A stretch of 64,000 nucleotides of DNA, taken from contig CALWPL010000004.1 in assembly GCA_944383405.1 (NCBI GenBank), positions 64,276-128,275 on the forward strand. Reading direction: 5' to 3'. Each line of letters opens with the position of its first letter. Position 1 is the stretch's first letter. The DNA comes from an uncultured Clostridia bacterium (GTDB taxonomy: Bacteria; Bacillota; Clostridia; Christensenellales; UBA1242). Both the position numbers and the translations under genes were made by a program. The notes beneath the pieces were generated by a model. It was not told the origin of the DNA and did no database searches. It saw only the letters and a program-made list of their open reading frames with translations. Positions 55,229 to 64,000 of this stretch are shown piece by piece.

Positions 55229-56405
55229 TTTTATTACTCCTTATATCATTAATAGTAGACTCAAAACTACCATCCTTAAATTCAACTGTTATACTATCAT
55301 TTAAACTAACATTATTTATAGATTTTATGATTTTATTTTTTTTGAACACTCTAGCAAATCCACGATTTATAATACTATCTACATTTAATGCAAGTAATTT
55401 ATTATATCTTACATCTAGTTTTTTCTCAAATTTAAACCCAAAATTAACATTTTTTAACCTAGATATAAGCAACAAAAATCTATACTCTTTATTTAAAATC
55501 ATTTTGCTTTCTAAATGTAATAATCGTTTTATCTGTGTGTCAAATTTTAAATATTTGTCATCATATATAGAACAAATTAAATAGTATAATTTATCAAGAT
55601 TTAACTTAAATTGCTTTACAATACTTGAAACATCATTTGAAACAATTTCCGCTGCTTCTGACGGAGTTGCCGCTCTAATAGAAGAGGCAAAATCACAAAT
55701 AGTAAAATCAACTTCATGCCCAACTGCCGATATTACAGGTTTTGATATACTAATTATTTCTCTTGCAAGACTTTCCGTGTTAAAGGGTTGCAAATCTTCT
55801 ATTGAACCGCCACCACGAGCAATAATAATAACATCTATATTTTTCTGCTTATCAAAATATTTCAAACCATTAATAATTGTTGTTTCTGCACCATCACCTT
55901 GCACCCTAGCGGGATAAACAACAATATTAAGATAAGGGTTTCTTCTATGTGAAACTGTTACTATATCATGAATAACAGCACCAGTTGCAGATGTAATAAC
56001 TCCAATAGTTTTGATTTCTGTAGGCAACTGTTTCTTATATTTACTATCAAAAACGCCTTCTTGCTCCAATTTGTTTTTTAACTCAATAAATTTCTGAAAT
56101 AAAACCCCACTACCATACGGAGCAATACTAGTTACATATAAGTTTAATTTGCCAGATTTTACATAAAAGCGTAAAGAACCCGTAGTCATTATTTGGTCGC
56201 CTTCCTTAACACTATTATTACTCGCCCCAAACATAATACATGGAATTAATGCATTTTCATCTTTTAAATTAAAATACAAATTTCCCCTTACAAATGATAG
56301 ATTTGATACTTCCCCATAAACTTTAATATAGTGAAGAAGTTCTTCCGCTTCAAATATGTTTTTTACAATTTCATTTAGTTCGCTAACGCTTAATGCTTTT
56401 AACAT
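55218..56405 (-). CDS. xseA: exodeoxyribonuclease VII large subunit
   Basis: 395 aa. OB-fold N-terminus (VSELNEIVKNIFE...GEVSN), IIARGGGSIEDL and VISAVGHEVDFTI. Confidence 0.95.
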   Translation of the reverse strand: MLKALSVSELNEIVKNIFEAEELLHYIKVYGEVSNLSFVRGNLYFNLKDENALIPCIMFGASNNSVKEGDQIMTTGSLRFYVKSGKLNLYVTSIAPYGSGVLFQKFIELKNKLEQEGVFDSKYKKQLPTEIKTIGVITSATGAVIHDIVTVSHRRNPYLNIVVYPARVQGDGAETTIINGLKYFDKQKNIDVIIIARGGGSIEDLQPFNTESLAREIISISKPVISAVGHEVDFTICDFASSIRAATPSEAAEIVSNDVSSIVKQFKLNLDKLYYLICSIYDDKYLKFDTQIKRLLHLESKMILNKEYRFLLLISRLKNVNFGFKFEKKLDVRYNKLLALNVDSIINRGFARVFKKNKIIKSINNVSLNDSITVEFKDGSFESTINDIRSNKNEF

Positions 56406-56806
56406 TACTCAACACCCTTTCTCTTATTAAAAATTGAAGATAATAATCCATTTACAAAAGACGGGCTTTTATCAGAAGAAAATTTTTTTGCACATCTTAC
56501 TGCTTCATTAATTGCAATACCAACATCTTCTTTTAGTATGTCAATTTGAGCCATAGCAACTAAAACTATCGCAAGGTCAAGAGAATATAAATCTTTTAAA
56601 GTCATTGGCTTATTAAGAAAAGAGACGAGTTTATTTTCTAAACTTGTAAGATTGTCTTTAACCGCATTAAAAATTTGTAAAGAATATGCTTTTTCTTCTT
56701 CACTTAAATCAACATCTTCATAAACATCTTCTACTATAAACTCTTTATTAAAAAGATATTCAAAAACGAGTTTAAATCCACATTCTCTTGCTAGTGTCCT
56801 GCTCAT
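56405..56806 (-). CDS. nusB: transcription antitermination factor NusB
   Basis: MSRTLARECGFKLVFEY... The AAGGAG SD sits 8 nt upstream of the ATG at 56806 (the ORF track start at 56833 is upstream of the SD). It overlaps xseA by 1 nt. Confidence 0.85.
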   Translation of the reverse strand: MSRTLARECGFKLVFEYLFNKEFIVEDVYEDVDLSEEEKAYSLQIFNAVKDNLTSLENKLVSFLNKPMTLKDLYSLDLAIVLVAMAQIDILKEDVGIAINEAVRCAKKFSSDKSPSFVNGLLSSIFNKRKGVE

Positions 56807-56834
56807 AAAAATTATCTCCTTGTAACTATGCAAT

Positions 56835-56864
56835 AAAAAATCCCCTTGCTAAAAATAACAAGGG
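56835..56864 (-). terminator. terminator-like hairpin between asp23 and nusB
   Basis: On the minus strand: CCCTTG-ttatttttag-CAAGGG followed by GATTTTTTATT. Confidence 0.5.
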
Positions 56865-56877
56865 AAAACTATGTCTT

Positions 56878-57261
56878 TTAGTATTTTGCTAAATCTTCTC
56901 TTGAAAACTCGACCCCTAAAACATGAATATTAATACTGTCGATTTTTGCACTTATCATGTTTGATATACCATTTTTTACATTTTCTTGTACACGATATGC
57001 AACATCGGCAACACTATATCCAAAAAAAACTTTTAGGTAAATATCAATGACCAAGTTCTTACTTTGAGTATAAGAAATCTTAACTCCTTCAAAGTAATTA
57101 TTTGAAAAAAATCTTTTAAATCTACTTGCAAAATTAGTGCAAAGTGATGCGACTCCGCTAATTTCTTTTGCAGAAAGATTGATAATTGATAGCATTATAT
57201 TTTTGCCACAATATACCTTACCATCATCATTCTTTTCATATAGTTCGTTATTATTAAACAT
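56878..57261 (-). CDS. Asp23/Gls24 family envelope stress protein
   Basis: 127 aa with IINLSAKEISGVASL and the VNIHVLGV pattern. It has the same position as yqhY upstream of nusB in Bacillus. Confidence 0.75.
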   Translation of the reverse strand: MFNNNELYEKNDDGKVYCGKNIMLSIINLSAKEISGVASLCTNFASRFKRFFSNNYFEGVKISYTQSKNLVIDIYLKVFFGYSVADVAYRVQENVKNGISNMISAKIDSINIHVLGVEFSREDLAKY

Positions 57262-57323
57262 AAAAATTACCTCTATGATTTATTGTAGTATATCATGTCA
57301 ATAATATTTATGCAATTAAATTT

Positions 57324-57806
57324 TTATTCAACTGGAATTATTTTAATGTAGTCAATATCTCTTTGTGTTTGATTTTGTATTATCTCAACAATTTGTGCAA
57401 CTTCAGTTTCAGTTAACTCGCTACTTTGTAAAATAACATTGATATAAGTTGACGAGTAGTTAACAAGTGCATCACTGAATCCTTTTGCCTTAATTAAACC
57501 TTCCATTGTAGTTTCCATTGTCATTGCTTCAAGTAATGCGTTCAAACTAGCCTCTGCATTTTCCTTTGCCTCTGTACTTGAAGACGCATTCGCTATAATT
57601 TGCTTATACTCCTCCATACTTTCATTTCTAGTCGCCGTTCTATCCGCCCTACTAGTCGCAAAGAAAGTTGCAGATGAATAATCATAATCAGCACTCGTTT
57701 GCGTCGTTGCCGCAGAATTATTAAGAACAATATTTAACACCCCAGTTATAACAAGTAAAACAATCATTGATACAAGTACTATAATTTTTTTCTTTTTAGT
57801 TAACAT
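57324..57806 (-). CDS. spoIIIAH: stage III sporulation protein AH
   Basis: 160 aa. An N-terminal TM is followed by FFATSRADRTATRNESMEEYKQII and a YscJ/FliF-like C-terminus. It is the last gene of the spoIIIA operon. Confidence 0.8.
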   Translation of the reverse strand: MLTKKKKIIVLVSMIVLLVITGVLNIVLNNSAATTQTSADYDYSSATFFATSRADRTATRNESMEEYKQIIANASSSTEAKENAEASLNALLEAMTMETTMEGLIKAKGFSDALVNYSSTYINVILQSSELTETEVAQIVEIIQNQTQRDIDYIKIIPVE

Positions 57807-57824
57807 TTAATATAAACCTCCCAT

Positions 57825-58385
57825 TTAATTTCCTGCAAAAACTTCAATTTTTGATGTGCTAAGTTCAAACATCGCCTGCACAAGCCTAATTATTTCAAGC
57901 TTAACATTGGTGTTCTTTGCCCCACTCGCAACAATTATTATTGAAACTGGCTTAGGCATTATCTCTTGTAATATAATTGGCTCTTCCTTTCCATCATTAG
58001 TAATTAAAACTGGACTTTTAACTTCAACTTGTGTTCCATCACTTAAAGTTTTAATCTCAGTTGTATAGGCAATCTCAGTTGTAATTCCCTCTTCAAAATA
58101 AAGCATAACCTTAGTTTGTCCAGCCCCATCAAGAGTTCCTATCAATTCTTCAAGTTTATTTGTTAAGTCATTTGAATATGTTTCAAAATCGCTTGCTTGT
58201 CCAGTATTTAACTGAGTACCTTGCTTTTCACTATCCTTTGTACTAAATAAACCCGTAGTAGAAAAATATATAAGCAAAATTATGGCTATAAATAAAACAG
58301 TTAATATAATATCAAGATGTTTAATTTTTTTTAGTTTTTCAGTAATTTTTGAAAAAATTTTACTCTTTTCTTTTTCTTCACTCAT
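57825..58385 (-). CDS. spoIIIAG: stage III sporulation protein AG
   Basis: 186 aa with a single TM and the conserved C-terminal PKPVSIIIVASGAKN...VQAMFELSTSKIEV. Confidence 0.85.
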   Translation of the reverse strand: MSEEKEKSKIFSKITEKLKKIKHLDIILTVLFIAIILLIYFSTTGLFSTKDSEKQGTQLNTGQASDFETYSNDLTNKLEELIGTLDGAGQTKVMLYFEEGITTEIAYTTEIKTLSDGTQVEVKSPVLITNDGKEEPIILQEIMPKPVSIIIVASGAKNTNVKLEIIRLVQAMFELSTSKIEVFAGN

Positions 58386-58860
58386 AAAAAATCACACTAT
58401 CCTTATCAACATTAATAACTTGTCTAACTATCGCCACAATGTTTGTATACTTATTTATATTCAGGTTTTCACTACTAAGAACTAAATTTCTTAAATCGAC
58501 AAAAATATTGCTAAATTCCAAATATTCACTCTCTTTATCAACCTGTAATTGAACTGAAACATTCAAGTACCCACTATCAGTAAGGTCATTTTCTATCTGA
58601 GTTTGAAGCGTTTCAATCATATTTTTTCTTTGGTCTTCAACAAAACTACTATCTATTTCAATAGAACTAAACATATTAGAAAAATTAATGCTTTTAAAAT
58701 CTATATTTTTTAGTGGAGATATAATAATAAAAATTGATGCTACCGCTACAACACTTTTAAGTAAGGTATTTGTCTTTCCTTCTGGTAAAATTATTTCAAC
58801 TAAAACACCTATCATAACAACGCCTATAATTGATAAAATCCAAATAGAAATACTACTCAT
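58378..58860 (-). CDS. spoIIIAF: stage III sporulation protein AF
   Basis: 160 aa with N-terminal IWILSIIGVVMIGVLVEIILPEG typical of SpoIIIAF. It has an 8-nt overlap with spoIIIAG. Confidence 0.8.
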   Translation of the reverse strand: MSSISIWILSIIGVVMIGVLVEIILPEGKTNTLLKSVVAVASIFIIISPLKNIDFKSINFSNMFSSIEIDSSFVEDQRKNMIETLQTQIENDLTDSGYLNVSVQLQVDKESEYLEFSNIFVDLRNLVLSSENLNINKYTNIVAIVRQVINVDKDSVIFYE

Positions 58861-58872
58861 AATTGTTCCACC

Positions 58873-60096
58873 TTAAAAAATATTTGAACAACACATTAAA
58901 ATCGACATAGAAATTAAATACATAAACCCTATAGCAATTAGACAAACAACTAACATATTAAGGCTCTTTGATACTGCATACAAAAAATTCGGCACTTCCT
59001 TATCACATAGCATTTCAAGAATTCCTGATGTAAGTTTTAAAAGAAGACCTATAATAACAATCTTAATTATTGGAGAAAAAACCACAGCAAAAAGTAAAAC
59101 AAGCCCTGATACTCCAATGGCATTTTTAATTAGAACACTACTTGCTATTATAACACCAACCCCATCTGATAAATAAGAACCAAGAAGCGGAATATAACTT
59201 TTAATAGCAAATTTCGCTGTTTTAAGTGAAATAGAATCAATACTTGAAACTGTCAACCCATGCAATGTTAAAAATGCAATAAAAATAGTAAATATTATAC
59301 CAACTATCCAATTAAATAAACTTGTGAAAAACTTTGAAAATTTTTCAAGTCGTACATTTTTTGATATATTTCCAACGACCCCAAACACAACACTAAATAT
59401 AAAAATCGGAATCAGAATAAGCGTAAAAAGTTTTGTTATTCCCGTTGTCAACACTGCAAGTAACGGCTGAAAGGTTGAAGCTGTTACTACATTCCCTATC
59501 GCTGTAATTAGGGTTAAAATTATAGGAAAAATTATTTCCATCTGACTTTCTATAATTGATATTGTATTTGAAGTAATAGATAGCAATTCAAATACTAGTT
59601 TTAAAACAATAAGTGCAATAGACGCAAAAGATACAATATGAATAACAGATGATAATGACTTGTTTTTATCTCCCATTGAAACTTGTCCAACAAGACTATA
59701 CAAAATAGCAAGTGCAATAATAACTGCAAAATAAGGTATATAGCCAGTTATGTTACTAAAAATAATATTTAAAGCATAAGGAATAAAATTGTTATATAAA
59801 GAACTATCATCTGCCGAAATAAAATCTTTTACAATTTCAACAAATCCTTTCCCATTAAAAATTGATTTTTCACTGTCTGACAAATTTTTTAAAATCTCAT
59901 CAAGCCCACTAAAATCAATATCTCCAAGTTGATCGTCAATATTTTCTTCAAGTTCTTGTTCACTACTATTGCTAGCAAAATAAAGTTGTTTGTCTTTTGC
60001 TAATGTATTAATAGAATTTTTAGTCGTTATACTATTAACAATAAACAAACAAATTAATAAAATAAACAAAAATAAAAGTCTAATTCTCTTTTTCAC
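58873..60096 (-). CDS. spoIIIAE: stage III sporulation protein AE
   Basis: Polytopic membrane protein. I place the start at the GTG at 60096-60094, which overlaps the spoIIIAD TGA (GTGA coupling). The ORF track start at 60153 would overlap spoIIIAD by 61 nt. Confidence 0.85.
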   Translation of the reverse strand: MKKRIRLLFLFILLICLFIVNSITTKNSINTLAKDKQLYFASNSSEQELEENIDDQLGDIDFSGLDEILKNLSDSEKSIFNGKGFVEIVKDFISADDSSLYNNFIPYALNIIFSNITGYIPYFAVIIALAILYSLVGQVSMGDKNKSLSSVIHIVSFASIALIVLKLVFELLSITSNTISIIESQMEIIFPIILTLITAIGNVVTASTFQPLLAVLTTGITKLFTLILIPIFIFSVVFGVVGNISKNVRLEKFSKFFTSLFNWIVGIIFTIFIAFLTLHGLTVSSIDSISLKTAKFAIKSYIPLLGSYLSDGVGVIIASSVLIKNAIGVSGLVLLFAVVFSPIIKIVIIGLLLKLTSGILEMLCDKEVPNFLYAVSKSLNMLVVCLIAIGFMYLISMSILMCCSNIF

Positions 60097-60479
60097 GGTA
60101 AAATCTCTATTATCACATCCAATAAATCTGTTATTAAGGGTAAAGCAAGACACACAATTAGTATTTTTCCTGCTAAAACAATTTTATCTCCAATACTTGC
60201 ATTTCCTGTATCTACGCACACATTATTTGCAAATTCAGTTAAAAATCCAACTCCAATTATCTTTAACACATTCGAAAATAATCCATAATCAAGATTAGTT
60301 CTATTAAAAACTGTTAAAAAGTAATCAAAAATTGTTCTTAACTCATCAATAATCATAAAAAGAATTATTATTCCACCAGTAAGAACAACCACTATATGAA
60401 ACTCAGGACGAATTTGTTTAATAATAATTGCAACAATACAAGTCAGCAAACCTATACCAATAATTCTAAAAATTTCCAT
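60093..60479 (-). CDS. spoIIIAD: stage III sporulation protein AD
   Basis: 128 aa, MEIFRIIGIGLLTCIVAIIIKQIRPEF..., typical of SpoIIIAD. Confidence 0.9.
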   Translation of the reverse strand: MEIFRIIGIGLLTCIVAIIIKQIRPEFHIVVVLTGGIIILFMIIDELRTIFDYFLTVFNRTNLDYGLFSNVLKIIGVGFLTEFANNVCVDTGNASIGDKIVLAGKILIVCLALPLITDLLDVIIEILP

Positions 60480-60481
60480 AA

Positions 60482-60679
60482 TTAATAAATTAAAAATAAC
60501 TGTTTTACTGTCTCAAAAAGTTCATTTATCATATTAATTGCCATAAGTAGCACTATAATTACCCCTGCAAGTGTTGCAAAGGTAGAAATTTCATCTTTAC
60601 CTATGTTTTTTAATACTTGAGCCACTACCGCTGTGAGAATACCAATAGCGGCAATTTTTAATATAATGCTATAATCCAA
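60482..60679 (-). CDS. spoIIIAC: stage III sporulation protein AC
   Basis: (M)DYSIILKIAAIGILTAVVAQVLKNIGKDE. The TTG at 60679 is preceded by GGGGG at 7 nt. The ORF track uses an upstream TTG at 60700 that overlaps spoIIIAB, so the start is uncertain. Confidence 0.85.
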   Translation of the reverse strand: MDYSIILKIAAIGILTAVVAQVLKNIGKDEISTFATLAGVIIVLLMAINMINELFETVKQLFLIY

Positions 60680-60692
60680 ATTTCTACCCCCA

Positions 60693-61187
60693 CTATACAA
60701 AGATTATAATTATTGCAAGACCTAAAACTAAAAATAACTTTACATATAAACTAGAAAATTTTTTATTTTCTTCTTGTGATTTTCTACTCTTTCTTTCAAA
60801 ATTTTGCATGTTTACTTCTATTTTTTCAAGTTCTTCTTCCTTTGCCATATTCCCAAGTTGACAAAAAAAATTTAAAACTTCTTCCCTTTCTTCATTATCT
60901 AAAAAAACAAGATTACTATTACTTATAAAATCTTTCTTTGTAATATTTCCTACTAAATAATTGTGAAATAATTGAAGAAAATATAAAAAATCCTTTTTAC
61001 AATTAAGAAGATTCTTTTCTATAATTTCACTTAGTTTTGCTTGACTATATGAAATATAAACTTTTGTGTTTTGACAAAAAGAAAATAAATCTCTATAAAA
61101 ATCTTGCCTTCTTAAATAATATTGTTTAATCGCAAGCCCAATAGACACGCAACAAATAAAAATTATTAATACTAAAAAAATCTTCAT
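60693..61187 (-). CDS. spoIIIAB: stage III sporulation protein AB
   Basis: 164 aa with N- and C-terminal TM helices. It sits between spoIIIAA and spoIIIAC. Confidence 0.8.
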   Translation of the reverse strand: MKIFLVLIIFICCVSIGLAIKQYYLRRQDFYRDLFSFCQNTKVYISYSQAKLSEIIEKNLLNCKKDFLYFLQLFHNYLVGNITKKDFISNSNLVFLDNEEREEVLNFFCQLGNMAKEEELEKIEVNMQNFERKSRKSQEENKKFSSLYVKLFLVLGLAIIIIFV

Positions 61188-62098
61188 TAATAATTAATGC
61201 ACCTTAGCCCTTCATCATATATTCCCTCAATAGTACCCGGTCCTTCACGAGAAGACAGAACTATAAATCTACTAAAAACTTTATTTTTTAAAATACTCTC
61301 AAATCCTTTTTTGTATTTTAAATCCTCAACATCTCTTGCATGAATTGAAGCAAGAACATTTACTCCACAATTACTTGCTTGTAAAATTGCTTCATAATCT
61401 TTTTCTCCACTTATTTCATCTGTAACAATGATATCTGGTTTTAAACTTCGAATACCATTTTCAAAAGCATATTCCTTACTAATTCCACTTAAAATATCGC
61501 AAAAATTTCCTACATCAAGAGTTGAAACTCCATTAAAGCAATTTGCTATCTCAAATCTTTCATCAACAAGCAAAATGTTATAACAATAATTTTTTTCAGA
61601 TAAACTTCTTACTATATCTCTTATAATAGTTGTTTTACCCGCCCCAGGCGGAGAAATTATCAAAGTATTTAAAAATGCGTTCTTGAATAAGTAAGGCATA
61701 ATACTTTCTGAACATCCGATAATCTCCCTTGGTATTCTTATTGATAAACTATTTATATTTTTTAAAGTTTTTAATGTTGTCTTTTCATATACACCTTCTC
61801 CACCAAGTCCTATCCTTATTCCGCCTTTTGTTGTTATAAATCCACTTCTAATTTGGTCTGAAAATGCGTAAACTGAATTTTCGCACGCCCGTTTTAATAC
61901 ATCTTCAATTAAGAACTTGTCGGCAATCATTGCTTTTTGACTATTACCTGTTAAGCCGTCCTGAGAAAGATAGTAAGACTTATTTGAAATAGTAACTACG
62001 ATTTTTTTATTTAGCCTAAGTCTTATCTCATTTATTTTGTCAAGCGGAGTCAAATTCATTGTTTTTAAAAATATTTGCGGAAAAAGGTCTTCAAACAT
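61187..62098 (-). CDS. spoIIIAA: stage III sporulation protein AA (AAA+ ATPase)
   Basis: 303 aa with Walker A SPPGAGKTT and Walker B IIVTDEI. It is the first gene of the eight-gene spoIIIA operon. Confidence 0.9.
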   Translation of the reverse strand: MFEDLFPQIFLKTMNLTPLDKINEIRLRLNKKIVVTISNKSYYLSQDGLTGNSQKAMIADKFLIEDVLKRACENSVYAFSDQIRSGFITTKGGIRIGLGGEGVYEKTTLKTLKNINSLSIRIPREIIGCSESIMPYLFKNAFLNTLIISPPGAGKTTIIRDIVRSLSEKNYCYNILLVDERFEIANCFNGVSTLDVGNFCDILSGISKEYAFENGIRSLKPDIIVTDEISGEKDYEAILQASNCGVNVLASIHARDVEDLKYKKGFESILKNKVFSRFIVLSSREGPGTIEGIYDEGLRCINY

Positions 62099-62395
62099 AT
62101 TACTCTCCTTTAAGACTTAATAATTTATATTTTAATAATTTTAAAAAAAGTAATAGATAGCAAAAATACAAATTAAAATACTATTTTCAACAATTAATGA
62201 CAAAATAAAATTTAAAAAATAGAAAAAGATTTATTTTTAAAAACATTAATGAAAAAACTCTTAGATTTTAAAACACAATAATATAAAAAAAATTTTAAAC
62301 CATTTCCACTACAATATTTATAAACAAAAATTTATTTTAAAATATTTCTACAAAAATAATACAAATTAAATTTTTAATAACACAGTGATAATTAA

Positions 62396-62430
62396 AATAA
62401 AAAAATACCTATAACAAATTAGTTATAGAT
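62396..62430 (-). terminator. intrinsic terminator after efp
   Basis: On the minus strand: CTATAAC-taattt-GTTATAG followed by GTATTTTTTTATTTT. Confidence 0.6.
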
Positions 62431-62457
62431 ATTTTAGTTTACTAAAAAATTTTTAAC

Positions 62458-63015
62458 TTATACTCTTTCCATATATGAACCTGTTCTAGTATCAATCCTA
62501 ATTCTATCCCCATTATTAACAAATAAAGGTACTTGGATAACAAGCCCGGTTTCAAGTTTAGCAGGCTTTGTTCCTGCCTTTGAAGTATCTCCTTGAATAC
62601 CCGGCTCACACTCAACTATGTTTAGTTCTACAAACATTGGAGGAAGAACAGAAAATGCCTTTCCTTTGTAGAATTGAATTGAGACCATCATATTTTCAAT
62701 TACATATTTCATAGCCTCTTCAACTTGGTCATAATTTAAAGGAATTTGCTCAAAGGTTTCCATATCCATAAAATAATATATTCCGCCTTCATTATACAAA
62801 TATTGCATTTCCTTTCTTTCAATTTTTGCTTCCTCAACCTTTTCAGTTGGATTAAAAGTTCTTTCTAAAACTTGTCCAGTAACAACATTTTTAATTTTTG
62901 TTCTCACGAATGCAGCCCCTTTACCTGGCTTTACATGTTGGAAGTCAACAACGCTATAAACACTCCCATCGTATTCAAATGTAACACCTTTTCTAAAATC
63001 TCCTGCAGAAATCAT
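62458..63015 (-). CDS. efp: elongation factor P
   Basis: 185 aa, [44 protein letters not shown]. Confidence 0.95.
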   Translation of the reverse strand: MISAGDFRKGVTFEYDGSVYSVVDFQHVKPGKGAAFVRTKIKNVVTGQVLERTFNPTEKVEEAKIERKEMQYLYNEGGIYYFMDMETFEQIPLNYDQVEEAMKYVIENMMVSIQFYKGKAFSVLPPMFVELNIVECEPGIQGDTSKAGTKPAKLETGLVIQVPLFVNNGDRIRIDTRTGSYMERV

Positions 63016-63031
63016 AATTCTTCCTCCTTTT

Positions 63032-63796
63032 TTACTTTAAATTGTCAAGATTATAAATTATTATTGAACAACTAACGCCAGCATTTAATGATTCAAGATT
63101 ATTTTTCATAGGAATAGAAATAATTTTACTAGCAATTTTTTTAAAATTCTCTGACACCCCATTCCCCTCATTTCCTATAACAATACCATATGGCTTTTTT
63201 AATTTATTTATACTAATTTTAAATATACTTTCCCCTTCCATGCTAGCAACAAGTAAATTTAAACAATTCTTCTTTGCAAAATCTAAAAAATCTTGTAAAG
63301 TATTAAAATTCCTGAATTTTTCTCTAAAAATTCCACCCATTGAACTTCTGACAACTTTTTGATTTAAAATATTTACACAATTAATCATAAAAATATTTTT
63401 AAAACTCGTACCTGACGCCGACCGAATGATCGTTCCTACATTTCCTGGGTCTTGTACATTTTCAAGTACTAAAAAATTGTCCTGCAAGCAAATATCTTGC
63501 GTATTATGCGGAAATTCGATTATAGATATTATTCCTTGCGGAGACTTTGTATCACTCAAATAATTTATTAAATCTGCACTTACAAAATAGTGTGGATAAC
63601 AAGTTAAAAATTTATAACTATCTAATATATTTTTACTTTTATCACTACAAATTAGCGAATATTTTATTACATACCCACATTTTACGGCTTCTTCAATAAG
63701 TTTTGGATTGTCTAAAAAAAGGCTATCAAAAGGCTCCTTTTTAATATTAAGCGTATCTACAATGATTTTATTTTTTCTTGATAAAATAACTTCCAC
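63032..63796 (-). CDS. TrmH/SpoU family RNA 2'-O-methyltransferase
   Basis: 254 aa with SpoU motifs [26 protein letters not shown] and [19 protein letters not shown]. It follows rplT, as ysgA does in Bacillus. Confidence 0.85.
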   Translation of the reverse strand: MEVILSRKNKIIVDTLNIKKEPFDSLFLDNPKLIEEAVKCGYVIKYSLICSDKSKNILDSYKFLTCYPHYFVSADLINYLSDTKSPQGIISIIEFPHNTQDICLQDNFLVLENVQDPGNVGTIIRSASGTSFKNIFMINCVNILNQKVVRSSMGGIFREKFRNFNTLQDFLDFAKKNCLNLLVASMEGESIFKISINKLKKPYGIVIGNEGNGVSENFKKIASKIISIPMKNNLESLNAGVSCSIIIYNLDNLK

Positions 63797-63817
63797 GCTA
63801 CGCTCCCTTAAAATTAA

Positions 63818-64000
63818 CTATGCTTTTACTTCTTCAACAAGTTTTGCAAATAAAAACTTATCATTTACAGCCATGTCTGCAAGTATTTTTCGGTTTAAAT
63901 CAATGTTCTTTAATTTTAATCCATTTATGAATTTGCTATAACTAATGCCATTAATTCTACATGCTGCATTAATTCTAGTAATCCAAAGCCTTCTCATATC
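63818..64000 (-). CDS. rplT: 50S ribosomal protein L20, C-terminal part (gene starts beyond right edge)
   Basis: The minus-strand frame from the window edge translates [60 protein letters not shown], with the stop at 63818-63820. It is not in the ORF track because it has no start in the window. Confidence 0.9.
   Translation of the reverse strand, partial: DMRRLWITRINAACRINGISYSKFINGLKLKNIDLNRKILADMAVNDKFLFAKLVEEVKA

Noticed and set aside
55114-55584. 156-aa plus-strand ORF antisense to xseB/xseA. Similar long antisense ORFs occur at 1591-1935, 14983-15327, 15601-15933, 50550-50879 and 54498-54848.
   Set aside because: All lie entirely inside well-supported minus-strand genes. They are Leu/Phe/Ser/Ile-rich low-complexity translations, the mirror of Lys/Glu/Asn-rich coding. 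They lack SD sequences. They are typical shadow ORFs.
1-64000. Alternative genetic code (for example TGA=Trp), given the extreme AT content
   Set aside because: All conserved genes end at expected lengths with standard stops, and Trp positions in conserved motifs are TGG. Code 11 fits.

Overview
Core-chromosome window from a very AT-rich (about 25-30% G+C by eye, not computed) endospore-forming Firmicute. Gene order resembles Bacillus and Clostridium. I support about 68 protein genes, three solitary tRNAs (Leu-CAA, Thr-CGT, Glu-CTC), one Phe-specific T-box leader and several clear intrinsic terminators and sigma-A-type promoters. About 60 genes lie on the minus strand. Minus-strand content from right to left: rplT(partial)-trmH-efp, spoIIIAA-AH, asp23-nusB-xseA-xseB-proS, a membrane protein, argR-recN-spoIVB-spo0A-spoIIM, a punA-like gene, a DD-carboxypeptidase, an M50 protease, scpA-scpB, miaB-mutS-mutL-miaA-ynbB, aspS, comEC-holA, rpsT, an HD protein, polA, an SLT transglycosylase, ytfI/ytfJ, a second DD-carboxypeptidase, rluB, a flavoprotein, plsC, an S1 protein, rpmB, metG-tmk-SDR, spoVAC-AD-AE, yunB and pheS-pheT. 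Plus-strand exceptions are an Asn-rich lipoprotein, the tRNAs, two small hypothetical genes, a Gly-rich beta-strand protein and PBP1A. I found no transposase, integrase, CRISPR array or recognisable defence or toxin system, so this is mostly ordinary housekeeping and sporulation DNA. The most unusual items: (1) the Spo0A homologue at the canonical spoIVB-spo0A locus has a degenerate receiver domain lacking the phospho-acceptor pocket signature; (2) a consensus-promoter-driven protein whose C-terminal half looks like an 8-strand OMP-type beta-barrel; (3) a 684-aa Asn-rich lipoprotein; (4) a two-gene orphan islet next to tRNA-Glu; (5) a perfect 28-bp x3 tandem repeat, a 20-bp perfect palindrome, and four ARG-box-like sites upstream of argR. 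All homology statements come from reading the translations by eye and memory of family motifs. No searches were run.
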